This document shows, piece after piece, positions 45,321 to 54,458 of a stretch of DNA of 64,000 nucleotides (positions within the stretch are counted from its first letter, which is position 1; each line of letters begins with the position of its first letter). The stretch comes from Candidatus Sulfotelmatobacter sp. (GTDB lineage: Bacteria > Verrucomicrobiota > Verrucomicrobiia > Limisphaerales > UBA11358). Location: positions 2,460 to 66,459 of the forward strand of contig DATJTK010000175.1 in assembly GCA_035503455.1 (NCBI GenBank). The letters run 5' to 3'. Made by a program: the position numbers and the translations under genes. The notes below the pieces were generated by a model, which was not told where the DNA came from, did no database searches, and was given only the letters and a program-made list of their open reading frames with translations.

Positions 45321-45405
45321 GTTTGGTGTACACGCTTTAGCGTGCTCCGCAGTAGCTGGAGACTGGACGGCGAACCCGGAACACCCTAAAGGGTGGACAC
45401 CAAAC
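45321..45405. repeat. Inverted pair of 24-nt hairpin units (21/24) with a compensatory G:C to C:G swap
   Basis: gtttggtgtacacgctttagcgtg (45321-44) compared with the reverse complement of caccctaaagggtggacaccaaac (45382-405). Stems are cacGc/gCgtg versus cacCc/gGgtg. Confidence 0.75.
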
Positions 45406-45454
45406 GACGCTACCGATAATTGCAGTTCCATTCCAATTGGACTAGACTTCTCCC

Positions 45455-46852
45455 GTGCCGCACGACGATTTGTTTTCCGACCCGGTTGAACATCAACCGT
45501 CCGCGACACCATCGTCATCGCCATCCGAAAGTGAGATTTTTCGCAGCCGCCCGCTCGCTGCGCGCATGCGTCCGCGTTCTCTCGAGGAATATGCCGGGCA
45601 AACACATATTCTCGCGCCGGGGCAATTGTTGCGCCGCGCCATCGAAGCCGATCGCATCCAATCGCTCATCTTTTATGGTCCGCCCGGCGCCGGCAAAACG
45701 TCGCTCGCGCAAATTATCGCGCTTCAGACCAAATCGAAGTTTGAGCGCCTGAGCGGCGTCGAGTCCAACGTGGCCGAGATGCGCCGCGTGCTGTCTGCTG
45801 CGTCAAACCGCCTCGAAAATACCGGCCAGCCAACCATCCTGTTCGTCGATGAAATTCATCGCTTCAACAAGGCGCAACAGGACGTTTTGCTGCCGGACGT
45901 GGAAAGCGGCGTCGTCAAACTTATCGGCGCAACCACGCACAACCCGTTTTTCTTCGTTAATTCGCCGCTGGTTTCGCGCTCGCAAATTTTTGAGCTGCGG
46001 CCGCTGGGCGAAGAGGAATTGCTCCTGCTCCTGCGACGGGCCCTGGACGACAAAGAACGCGGCCTGGGTTATATGAAAATTTCCGCCGATGACAATGCCC
46101 TGGCCCATTTGGCGAAAATTTCAGATGGCGACGCGCGCAAGGCGCTGAACGCTCTTGAAATTGCCGCGCTCACCACCGCGCCGGAATCCGACGGCGCCGT
46201 CCACATCACGCTGGCTGTGGCGGAGCAAAGCATCCAGAAAAAAGCCGTCGTCTATGATGCCGATGAAGACGCGCATTACGACACGATTTCGGCATTCATT
46301 AAGGCAATGCGTGGCAGCGACCCTGACGCAGCCCTGTATTGGCTTGCTAAAATGGTGCATGCCGGTGAAGACCCTCGCTTCATAGCGCGCCGCATCGTCA
46401 TTCACGCGGCGGAAGACGTGGGCCTGGCCGACCCCATGGCACTGGTGCTGGCGAACGCTGCGTTTCAAGCCGCGGAATTCATCGGCTGGCCGGAAGCGCG
46501 CATTCCACTGGCCGAGGCGACAATTTACGTTGCGACGGCTCCCAAAAGCAACAGCACAGTCGCAGCGATTGGCGCGGCCATGAAAGATGTCGAATCCGGC
46601 CGCACGCTGGAAGTGCCCGTACACCTGCGGGACGCCCACTACAAAGCCGCGGCGCGTTTGGGGCACGGTGCCGGCTACAAATACGCGCACGATTATGAAG
46701 GCCATTTTGTCCCGCAGGATTACCTGGGTGCGGACAGGACCTACTATGAACCGACCGAGCAAGGGTCTGAGAAACGAATCAAAGAGCGCCTGGAAAAATG
46801 GCGGGCGCTGAGGGCCGAAGCGAAGAACAAACCACAAAATGAAAAAGCGTGA
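45455..46852 (+). CDS. rarA: Replication-associated recombination protein A (AAA+ ATPase)
   Basis: PLAARMRPRSLEEYAGQ; Walker A FYGPPGAGKTS; ILFVDEIHRFNK; C-terminal MgsA-type HLRDAHY...GYKYAHDY. GTG start. Confidence 0.92.
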   Translation: MPHDDLFSDPVEHQPSATPSSSPSESEIFRSRPLAARMRPRSLEEYAGQTHILAPGQLLRRAIEADRIQSLIFYGPPGAGKTSLAQIIALQTKSKFERLSGVESNVAEMRRVLSAASNRLENTGQPTILFVDEIHRFNKAQQDVLLPDVESGVVKLIGATTHNPFFFVNSPLVSRSQIFELRPLGEEELLLLLRRALDDKERGLGYMKISADDNALAHLAKISDGDARKALNALEIAALTTAPESDGAVHITLAVAEQSIQKKAVVYDADEDAHYDTISAFIKAMRGSDPDAALYWLAKMVHAGEDPRFIARRIVIHAAEDVGLADPMALVLANAAFQAAEFIGWPEARIPLAEATIYVATAPKSNSTVAAIGAAMKDVESGRTLEVPVHLRDAHYKAAARLGHGAGYKYAHDYEGHFVPQDYLGADRTYYEPTEQGSEKRIKERLEKWRALRAEAKNKPQNEKA

Positions 46853-47037
46853 CGTCGTCGTAGCGCAGGTTTCCAAACCTGCCGTATCGCCGATTTCCAA
46901 ATCGGCTGGCCGTGCGAACGTCGTTTATTGCGAGATCCGAAGTTTATGGTTCCATTACAAATCGGCCGTCGCGCGACCTCGAACGACCCGCAGGTTTGGA
47001 AACCTGCGACACAGCAGACTTGGAAGTCTGCGCTACG
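46853..47037. repeat. Composite hairpin repeat, copy C (full MITE-like unit)
   Basis: Left arm: gtagcgcag + gcaggtttccaaacctgc (46865-82) + gccgatttccaaatcggc (46889-906). Right arm: gcaggtttggaaacctgc (46990-47007) + gcagacttggaagtctgc (47014-31) + gctacg. It starts right after the rarA stop and ends 1 nt before the next ATG. Confidence 0.85.
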
Positions 47038-47038
47038 A

Positions 47039-47662
47039 ATGCAAATGAACACTGACCAACAGGCGCAAAAAAACGAATTGCGTGTCAAGATCCGCGCGAT
47101 AGTCAAAAGCTTGTCGCCCGAAAAACGCAAATCGGACTCTGAAAAGCTCTGCGCCCTGCTCAAGACGCAGCCGTTTTTCCAATCTGCGCGCTCAATTTTA
47201 TTTTTCGCCCCTTTGCCGGAGGAGCCCAACCTGTGGCCGCTTCTGAATGAGACACTGGCCGGAAAGAAATTGGTGGCCCTTCCGTGTTTCGACGCGGATA
47301 GCCAGGTCTATCAGCCCCGCCGTATCGCGGATTTACACGTCGAAATTTTGTCCGGAAAATTCGGCATACGCGAACCTGTGGAAACCTGCCTTGCCATTCC
47401 TCCGAATGAATTGGATTTGGTCCTGGCTCCCGGCGTGGCTTTTGGATTGGACGGACATCGGCTGGGCCGGGGAAAGGGATACTACGATCGCCTGCTGCAA
47501 AACTTTTCAGGAATGAAAGTTGGTATCGCCTTTGACGAACAAGTTGTCGAAGCAGTCCCGTCCGAACCCAATGACGTGAGGATGGATGTAATATTGACGC
47601 CCACGCGAAGTGTTATGTTATCTATGGGGCGCCGCACTCATGCAAAAATCCAGACGAGGTAA
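47039..47662 (+). CDS. 5-formyltetrahydrofolate cyclo-ligase
   Basis: LR..IRA....LSPEKR; FFAPLPEEPN; GFGLDGHRLGRGKGYYDR; DVRMDVILTP. ATG at 47039, just past the repeat. Confidence 0.85.
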   Translation: MQMNTDQQAQKNELRVKIRAIVKSLSPEKRKSDSEKLCALLKTQPFFQSARSILFFAPLPEEPNLWPLLNETLAGKKLVALPCFDADSQVYQPRRIADLHVEILSGKFGIREPVETCLAIPPNELDLVLAPGVAFGLDGHRLGRGKGYYDRLLQNFSGMKVGIAFDEQVVEAVPSEPNDVRMDVILTPTRSVMLSMGRRTHAKIQTR

Positions 47663-49466
47663 AACCGTGCTTACAAACACAAACTTATTCAAACAAACCA
47701 GTTTCTCGGTGCTGCTGGCCCTTTGCGTTTTAATTCCAGCCCGTGCGGCTGACACCACCGGTTTGCCCCGGGAGACCGCGAAACAACACGACGCGCGCAT
47801 GGCATGGTGGCGCGATGCGCGATTTGGAATGTTCATCCATTGGGGACTATATTCCGAGGCTGCGGGTTATTGGAATGGCCAGCCAACATCCGGCGCGGGT
47901 GAATGGATCATGAGCGATATGCGCATTCCGAGGGCGCAATACGAAACGCTGGCTCCGCGATTTGACCCGGTAAAGTTTGACGCGGACCAATGGGCTGAGA
48001 CGGCGCACAACGCCGGGATGAAGTACCTGGTGATTACGTCAAAACATCACGAGGGCTTTTGCATGTTTAAAACCGCTGCGACGGATTACAACGTCGTGGA
48101 TGCCGCGCCCTGGCATACGGACCCGCTCCAGGCGCTCAGCAAAGCGTGCCGCCGTCATGGCATCAAATTTTGCGTGTACTACTCGATTATGGATTGGCAC
48201 AGCCCGGACCAGGCGCCGGCTTATAATCCAACCAGTTTCGTTCCGGGCCAAAAAGAGGCTTATATCCAATACATGGAGACTGAACTTAAGGAACTGATTA
48301 CCCAATATCATCCCGCGGTTCTGTGGTTTGACGGCCAATGGATGAACGGCTGGACGGATGAAGACGGGCAGCGATTGTACGGCTATCTGCGGGCGCTGGA
48401 TCCGAAACTTATCATTAATAACCGCATCAAAGGCGCGGGAGATTATGAGACGCCCGAGCAATACATTCCGCCGAACGGCCTGCCTGGCCGCGATTGGGAA
48501 ACGTGCATGACCATGAACGACACGTGGGGTTACAAACGGGATGACAACAACTGGAAATCCACCCAAACCCTTATTCGCAATGTCGTGGATATTGCCAGCA
48601 AAGGCGGCAATTATCTGCTCAACGTAGGGCCCACTGGCGAGGGTTTGATTCCCGATGCCTCAATCGAACGGCTGACCGAAATCGGCCGCTGGATGAAAGT
48701 CAACGGCGTCGCGATTTACGGAACCAGCGCCAGCCCGTTCACCCGGCAATTGCCGTGGGGCAGATGCACATCAAGAACGTCCGGACACAACACCATACTT
48801 TACCTCCACGTTTTTGATTGGCCTGCGGATGACAAGCTCGTGGTTCCATTGTCGAACAAAATAAGACGGGCCTCGCTCCTTGTGGACCGGTCCACGCCGC
48901 TCAGAATGGAAAATGGCGAAGATGGCGTGACCATCTTTCTGCCGCAGCATGCGCCCGATGAGATTTCTTCCACAGTCGTTGTAAAATTGGATGGCGCGCC
49001 GGAAGTAATCACGGTTCCCATCCTTCAAAACAATGACGGCACGATTCTGCTTCGCGCCAGCGACGCCGCCCTGCACGGTTCGCAGATTCAATATGAACCC
49101 GGTCCGGGCCATGACAACATTGGTTACTGGTTCAATCCGGATGATTCGGCCGATTGGACTTTTCGAGTGAGTCATCCCGGCGAATTCAGGATTACGGCTG
49201 AAATTGCCGCGCCTGGTCCGACTTCATTTCAAGTTTCCGTGGTCGCGCAAGGGGGTCGGCACCCCATGGCGCCGTTGAGTCTACTGAACGAAACGAAGCA
49301 AATTGGGAAAGCGGATATCACACAAGGTTACTTTGACTATAAAACCGTGACGATGGGCAGGTTTCAAATCCCTGCTGCCGGTGATGTCACGCTCGCCGTT
49401 CATCCGGTTAAGGATGGGTGGCAGCCGATGAATATAAGGTCTATCAAACTGGAACCGGCACGGTGA
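47640..49466 (+). CDS. Alpha-L-fucosidase (GH29) with extra C-terminal beta-sandwich-like domain, secreted
   Basis: FGMFIHWGLYSEAA, AGMKYLVITSKHHEGFCMFKT and KGGNYLLNVGPTGEGLIP motifs. Paralogous to 13183-14619. ATG at 47640 overlaps the upstream gene by 23 nt. Confidence 0.9.
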   Translation: MQKSRRGKTVLTNTNLFKQTSFSVLLALCVLIPARAADTTGLPRETAKQHDARMAWWRDARFGMFIHWGLYSEAAGYWNGQPTSGAGEWIMSDMRIPRAQYETLAPRFDPVKFDADQWAETAHNAGMKYLVITSKHHEGFCMFKTAATDYNVVDAAPWHTDPLQALSKACRRHGIKFCVYYSIMDWHSPDQAPAYNPTSFVPGQKEAYIQYMETELKELITQYHPAVLWFDGQWMNGWTDEDGQRLYGYLRALDPKLIINNRIKGAGDYETPEQYIPPNGLPGRDWETCMTMNDTWGYKRDDNNWKSTQTLIRNVVDIASKGGNYLLNVGPTGEGLIPDASIERLTEIGRWMKVNGVAIYGTSASPFTRQLPWGRCTSRTSGHNTILYLHVFDWPADDKLVVPLSNKIRRASLLVDRSTPLRMENGEDGVTIFLPQHAPDEISSTVVVKLDGAPEVITVPILQNNDGTILLRASDAALHGSQIQYEPGPGHDNIGYWFNPDDSADWTFRVSHPGEFRITAEIAAPGPTSFQVSVVAQGGRHPMAPLSLLNETKQIGKADITQGYFDYKTVTMGRFQIPAAGDVTLAVHPVKDGWQPMNIRSIKLEPAR

Positions 49467-49467
49467 A

Positions 49468-49632
49468 AGCGTTGAACCTGTTGTGACCGGGCCGGATGGA
49501 AAAACGCAGTTCGTCGTTTATCACGCGTGGAATCACGAAATGACCGAACGCCAAATGTGCGTGGATAAACTGAAATGGACGCCGAATGGGCCTCGCTGCG
49601 CGCCTACGGTGGCGGAGCAGAAATTGCCATGA
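49468..49632 (+). pseudogene. Start-less 3' remnant resembling the C-terminus of a five-bladed-propeller glycoside hydrolase (GH43-like)
   Basis: Translation in the frame with codon starts at 49468, 49471, and so on (one base downstream of the fucosidase frame): ...VEPVVTGPDGKTQFVVYHAWNHEMTERQMCVDKLKWTPNGPRCAP...*. The pattern (V)YHA...R.m..D.L.W...G.P is typical of GH43 C-termini. There is no start codon, and the upstream frame runs into the fucosidase gene. Confidence 0.35.
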
Positions 49633-49682
49633 GCGAACATCGTCGTCCGTGCCCGTCTGTGTTCGTTCCGTCAGTCCGTGTC

Positions 49683-50777
49683 TTACGCCGCCAACTCTCT
49701 TTCCGTCTTGAGCCTTAGTTGCCCACACGCCGCGTCTATGTCATGCCCCTTTTCACGCCGTAGCGTGGCCGTGACATTTTGTTTTTCAAGCGCTTCCAGA
49801 AATTGCTCGCACACGTCTTCGGGCGGCCGTTCCCAGGGTAATCCCTCCACGGTGTTGTAGGGAATCAGGTTTACCTTCGCGAAAATCTTTTTTGCCAGCG
49901 CGGCCAGCGGACGGGCTTGTTCCAACGAATCATTCACGCCCGCGATCAAAATGTATTCCAGGGTAATCATCCGGCCTTTTTGGGCCTGATATTCCATGCA
50001 CGCGGCGGTCAGTTCCGCCAGCGGATATTTTTTATTCACCGGCATGATTTTGCCGCGTACGTCATCCGTCGCGCCGTGCAGCGAAACCGCCAGCCGAAAT
50101 TGCAGCGGTTCCGCGGCAAGCTTCCGGATTTGCGGCGCCAGACCGCTCGTAGAAATGGTGATTTTCCGCGCGCCAATGCCGCCGCCCCAGGGCGCATTCA
50201 AAATCCGGAGCGCGCGCATCAAATTGTCGTAATTGGCCAGCGGCTCGCCCATGCCCATGACTACAATGTTGTCCACCACGCGCGGCGTCCCGACACGGGC
50301 CGGCTCCGCCGTGTCCCGTTCATGCGCCCGTTCGATGGACAACACCTGCTCGATGATTTCGTGCGGCTGCAAATTACGTTTCCATCCTTCCAGTCCACTC
50401 GCGCAAAACCGGCAGCCGTACGCGCAGCCGACCTGCGTGGAAATGCACAGCGTATGGCGGTCGCTCGCATCGCCATAAAGCGCGGGATTGGCCGGAATCA
50501 AAACGCTCTCAATGAGCGAATGGTCCGCCAGCCTCCAGAGAAATTTTTCCGTCGTGTCCGGCGACCCCTGCTTGCGGATCAGTTCCGGGATTTGAAGCGT
50601 GAATTGCTCGCGCAATTTCGCGCGCAAATCCTTCGGCAGATTCGTCATGGCGTCCCAGTCCGTCACCCGGCGGACATAAAGCCATTCAAGCAATTGCGTG
50701 ACGCGATAAGTCGGCTGTGCCCACGTTTTAAATTGGGCCTCAAGCTCCTCGCGCGACAATGATTTGATATCCGACAT
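49683..50777 (-). CDS. rlmN: 23S rRNA/tRNA (adenine-C2)-methyltransferase RlmN (radical SAM)
   Basis: CISTQVGCAYGCRFCASG; MGMGEPLANYD; ISTSG; CGQL near the C-terminus. Confidence 0.93.
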   Translation of the reverse strand: MSDIKSLSREELEAQFKTWAQPTYRVTQLLEWLYVRRVTDWDAMTNLPKDLRAKLREQFTLQIPELIRKQGSPDTTEKFLWRLADHSLIESVLIPANPALYGDASDRHTLCISTQVGCAYGCRFCASGLEGWKRNLQPHEIIEQVLSIERAHERDTAEPARVGTPRVVDNIVVMGMGEPLANYDNLMRALRILNAPWGGGIGARKITISTSGLAPQIRKLAAEPLQFRLAVSLHGATDDVRGKIMPVNKKYPLAELTAACMEYQAQKGRMITLEYILIAGVNDSLEQARPLAALAKKIFAKVNLIPYNTVEGLPWERPPEDVCEQFLEALEKQNVTATLRREKGHDIDAACGQLRLKTERELAA

Positions 50778-50908
50778 TTGAATAACCTACAACGAAACCT
50801 CAAAGCATTGAAGGGGAACTTGGCCCTTGGCGCCTCAGCCTCAGCACCACCACTCAACCTCATTGACCGAGGCAACTTCTGGCGGCACAATCGCGCGGAC
50901 GTGAGCAG

Positions 50909-50936
50909 ACACGGACGAACACGGACTGACACGGAC
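50909..50936 (+). repeat. 10-bp-period array (ACACGGAC)x3 immediately upstream of the four-helix-bundle gene
   Basis: Units at 50909-16, 50919-26 and 50929-36. A degenerate fourth unit (gcgcggac) lies at about 50893-50900. Confidence 0.8.
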
Positions 50937-50940
50937 AACG

Positions 50941-51546
50941 ATGAGCGACCCCAAAAAACTAATTCCCTTGCATGGCGGCTACCGGAAATTGAAGAGTTTT
51001 CAGGTCGCGCAATTAGTTTATGACGTGACAGCCCGCTTCTGTGACCGGTACATAGATCCACGCAGTCGCACACATGATCAGATGGTGCAGGCGGCGCGGA
51101 GCGGGGTGCAAAACATTGCCGAGGGCAGCCAGGCCAGCGGTACCTCCAGGAAGATGGAGCTTAAACTTACAAACGTGGCGCGGGCAAGTCTGGAGGAATT
51201 ACGGTTGGATTATCAGGATTTTTTGCGGCAATCCGGTTTGGAAGAATGGACGCCGAAACATCCGGCGTTGATACGTTTCAAAGCCAGACGTTGTGCCACA
51301 GAGCAGGTACGGTCGTGGGTTTTGGATGAACGGAAACGGCCCGGCGCTCGATCGTCCGTGACCGTCCGTGAAGGTCCGTGTAAGTCCGTGTCCTCCGCTC
51401 AACTGGTCGCAAATGCAGCCCTCTCGCTCCTCAATCCTGCTTGTTACCTGTTGGATCGGCAGTTGGCGGCCCAAGCGGCAACATTTGAACAAGAAGGCGG
51501 GTTTACCGAGCGTCTTTACCGCGTGCGCAGCGCAAAGAGAAAATAA
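50941..51546 (+). CDS. Four-helix-bundle protein (23S rRNA IVS-protein family) with C-terminal suffix domain
   Basis: YRKLKSFQVAQLVYDVT..F....D.RS.THDQMVQAARSGVQNIAEGS matches the TIGR02436-like pattern. The C-terminal ~50 aa form an extra domain. Confidence 0.8.
   Translation: MSDPKKLIPLHGGYRKLKSFQVAQLVYDVTARFCDRYIDPRSRTHDQMVQAARSGVQNIAEGSQASGTSRKMELKLTNVARASLEELRLDYQDFLRQSGLEEWTPKHPALIRFKARRCATEQVRSWVLDERKRPGARSSVTVREGPCKSVSSAQLVANAALSLLNPACYLLDRQLAAQAATFEQEGGFTERLYRVRSAKRK
51354..51391 (+). repeat. 10-bp-period array (GTCCGTG[A/T])x4 inside the four-helix-bundle ORF, inverted relative to the array at 50909-50936
   Basis: Units at 51354, 51364, 51374 and 51384. The last two are exact reverse complements of ACACGGAC. 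The array encodes the linker SSVTVREGPCKSVS. Confidence 0.8.
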
Positions 51547-51561
51547 CCAGCGCCATTTTGA

Positions 51562-53202
51562 TCAGTTCGCCCGGCGAAAGACGCCCACATATTCCGGCCC
51601 CATTTTGTGATAATTAGTGATGCTGTTGTCCGCGACAAATTTCGTTTTGTCGTTCGCGATTTGTTCCACGACGGCGACGCGCGTATAATGCGCTTTGGAA
51701 TAATTGGCAAACCAGTTGAACAGGTTGGTGTCCGGCCCTGAGCCCGGGTTGTTCACAAAAACCATGTATTCGGGCCTGTTGGTCTCGATTTCACTTATCA
51801 TTTCGGCCCGCATTTGCGCCGCGAATGGCTGGTGTTCCGTAAATGGATAGGTATAGAGATAACCGGTGGCCGGCGGGCGTTGGGCGTAGAAATAAAGTTC
51901 CGGTTCCGAGCCAATCACGGCCATGCTCGCGCCCGCGCCGGAATGGTTGCGAATGTAGCTGCCCACGGCGGGCATTTCGGTAAAGGGCGATTCTCCGGGA
52001 TAAATCTGCTGAACGGCTGCGTCCGGGCTGAGTTTAAAAAAGACGTCGCGTTGCAAATACACGGACCAGCCTAAAATCAAAATGCACACCAGGGGCGGAA
52101 CAATTTTGAAGATGTTGTTTTCGGTCGCAAATTGCAGCGAAACAATAGCCAGGCCGACGAGGATTGCCAGCGCGGGAAGCGCGAGGATGAAATAATGCTG
52201 GCGAAAATAGAAGTCGATGGAGGTTCCAATGGCCGAACAAAATAAAAGTGTGGCGGCAAAAATGATTTGGCTCCGCAGGGCGCGGTCGCGCGTCACGAAC
52301 GGGAGGCTGACAAAAACGAAACCCGCAAACGGAAAATAGACGAGCCAATGCCTGTGGGCATAATAAAGAAACCAATGGGCGGCATCGTGCAGGGTATTTT
52401 CCGCGGCGTAGGCATGGGCGTAACTGAACGTCCAAAACCAGAACTTGGGCCACAGCCCGGCCTGCCGCAGGTAAACACACAGCAGCGCGAACGGCAGCAG
52501 CATCCCGACGCCCAGGAAAAATAATTTCTGGATAAAGACCGGCTTGAAAATGGTTCCGGTTTGAATGGCATTCCAAAAGACAACCGCCACGGCAAACACA
52601 CAGAAGCAAATGGCCTGTTGCTTCATAAGAAACGCCAGGCCAAACAGCAGCCCGCTGAAAAACATGGCGTGCCAGCGATAGAATTCCTCCGTCTTCCACA
52701 ATCGCAACGCCCCCCAGACGGCGAACAGGACGACAAACTGGGTTGCGTGCGCGGCCAATCCCAGCACGGCCGGGCTCGCCGACAATACGCCATACGTGGC
52801 GCATGCGGCCAGGCCGGCGATCGTGCCAAACAACCGTTCCCCGAGCAAAAATACCAGTATAATCGTCAGGCAATTCACCACCATGAGCGTCGCGTGAATT
52901 CCGGCCACAGTTTGGCCGAAGACCGCCATGCCCAGGGCGTAGGCCAGATAGGTGCCGGGCAATTTCATGTTCCACACCTGCTGATAGGGAGGGATGCCCG
53001 CCATGATAAATTGACCCGAGCATGCGTACTCGCCCTCGTCGCGCTCCAACGGCATATCGAGCAGGCGATAGCGGATGAAGCCGGTCAATAAGAGGACCAG
53101 CAATACAAACAGCCACGGCCACAATTGAGAGCGCCGAGGAGGCTCAACCAAGCGAATTTCCGATTTTTCAGCCTCTAATTTATCACTTTTAAATGTTATC
53201 AT
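51562..53202 (-). CDS. ArnT/PMT-like membrane glycosyltransferase (GT39/GT83-type)
   Basis: At least 10 TM segments. First-loop motif LERDEGEYA. C-terminal soluble domain. Confidence 0.75.
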   Translation of the reverse strand: MITFKSDKLEAEKSEIRLVEPPRRSQLWPWLFVLLVLLLTGFIRYRLLDMPLERDEGEYACSGQFIMAGIPPYQQVWNMKLPGTYLAYALGMAVFGQTVAGIHATLMVVNCLTIILVFLLGERLFGTIAGLAACATYGVLSASPAVLGLAAHATQFVVLFAVWGALRLWKTEEFYRWHAMFFSGLLFGLAFLMKQQAICFCVFAVAVVFWNAIQTGTIFKPVFIQKLFFLGVGMLLPFALLCVYLRQAGLWPKFWFWTFSYAHAYAAENTLHDAAHWFLYYAHRHWLVYFPFAGFVFVSLPFVTRDRALRSQIIFAATLLFCSAIGTSIDFYFRQHYFILALPALAILVGLAIVSLQFATENNIFKIVPPLVCILILGWSVYLQRDVFFKLSPDAAVQQIYPGESPFTEMPAVGSYIRNHSGAGASMAVIGSEPELYFYAQRPPATGYLYTYPFTEHQPFAAQMRAEMISEIETNRPEYMVFVNNPGSGPDTNLFNWFANYSKAHYTRVAVVEQIANDKTKFVADNSITNYHKMGPEYVGVFRRAN

Positions 53203-53292
53203 TTGCTTGCTTCACTCAGTTCACATCTGTCGGTCTGCCATTTTTTCATTTTTCATTTTCCATTTTTCGTTCATTCTGCCCTGCCGAAAACA

Positions 53293-54378
53293 ATGATCAT
53301 AAGCAAACCTCTTGCCACAGTTGACACCCCCGCCCTGCTTCTGGATTTGGAAGCTCTGCAGCACAATATCCATACGATGGCGTCATTTTTTGCGACGCGG
53401 GCATGCCGGTTGCGTCCACATTTCAAGAGCCATAAGTGCGCGCAAATTGCGCGGCTGCAAATGGGTGCGGGGGCAGTGGGCATGACGTGCGCGAAGCTGG
53501 GCGAGGCCGAGGTCCTGGCGGACGCCGGAATCCGCGACATTTTGATCGCCAACGAGATCGTGGGTCCGCTGAAGATTGGGCGGCTCGTCGCCCTGTGTGC
53601 GCGCGCCAATCCCATGGCGGCCGTGGATTCGGCGGAAAACATCCGAATGCTGTCCGCTCATGCGGCGGCGGCCGGTGTGACGCTTCGTGTGTTGGTGGAA
53701 GTGGACATTGGCATGGGCCGTTGCGGCGTCGCGCCCGGGCAACCGGCAGCGGAACTCGCGGCCCTGGTCGCGTCATTGCCGGGCTTGAAATTTGAGGGAT
53801 TGCAGGGATATGAAGGACATTGTGTGGACCTGCGCGACGATGTCGAACGTGTCAGGCAAACACGGGCGGCGATTGAACTGCTGGTCAGTACGCGCCGTCT
53901 CATTGAGCGGTCCGGCATAGGGGTCCGCATCGTCAGCGGCGGCGGCACCGGCAGCTATGACATCAACGGAAATACAGACGGCATTGACGAAGTGCAGGCC
54001 GGTTCGTATGCCGCCATGGATTGGTGGTACACGGACATTCGCCCCGAGTTTAAGCAGGCCATGAGCATCCTGACGACCGTGGTCAGCCATACCAAACCGC
54101 GCATCGTCATTATTGATGTGGGACGGAAAGGCGTCGGCGCCGAATGGGGACCGCCCCGGCTAAAAAATCCCGCGGATGGACGGGTCCTGAGCTACACATC
54201 GGAGGAGCACATGACCATTGAACTGGCGGCCAGCCGGGAAATGAGCGTGGGCGATCGCATGGAAATCATTCCGTCGCACGGATGTACGACGAGCAATTTA
54301 TATCGTGAATTTGTCGTTCACAAAAACGGCGAAGTCGTCGCGACCTGGCCAATCGAGGGGAGTGGAAAGCTGCAATAA
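53293..54378 (+). CDS. DSD1-family PLP enzyme (D-serine dehydratase / D-threonine aldolase-like, alanine racemase N-terminal fold)
   Basis: PALLLDLEAL..N; RPHFKSHKC (PLP lysine region); EEHMTIEL...IIPSHGCTTSNLY. ATG at 53293. Confidence 0.75.
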   Translation: MIISKPLATVDTPALLLDLEALQHNIHTMASFFATRACRLRPHFKSHKCAQIARLQMGAGAVGMTCAKLGEAEVLADAGIRDILIANEIVGPLKIGRLVALCARANPMAAVDSAENIRMLSAHAAAAGVTLRVLVEVDIGMGRCGVAPGQPAAELAALVASLPGLKFEGLQGYEGHCVDLRDDVERVRQTRAAIELLVSTRRLIERSGIGVRIVSGGGTGSYDINGNTDGIDEVQAGSYAAMDWWYTDIRPEFKQAMSILTTVVSHTKPRIVIIDVGRKGVGAEWGPPRLKNPADGRVLSYTSEEHMTIELAASREMSVGDRMEIIPSHGCTTSNLYREFVVHKNGEVVATWPIEGSGKLQ

Positions 54379-54458
54379 TTTGGATCGAAGAGAAGGATTT
54401 CGCGAGACAGAACGCACCGCGCATTATGCATGGCCATTATGCATTGCGCATAAACTAA

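Noticed and set aside
46853-47037. Possible 6S RNA (ssrS) upstream of the 5-formyl-THF cyclo-ligase gene, by analogy with the ssrS-ygfA synteny known from E. coli and other proteobacteria. The segment is ~185 nt and can fold as a rod with a central unpaired region
   Set aside because: The same sequence family occurs between fucI and fucP, after moaA, and inside the MoaE-MoeA ORF. It is therefore a dispersed repeat, not a single-copy 6S gene. An Rfam 6S scan would settle the question.
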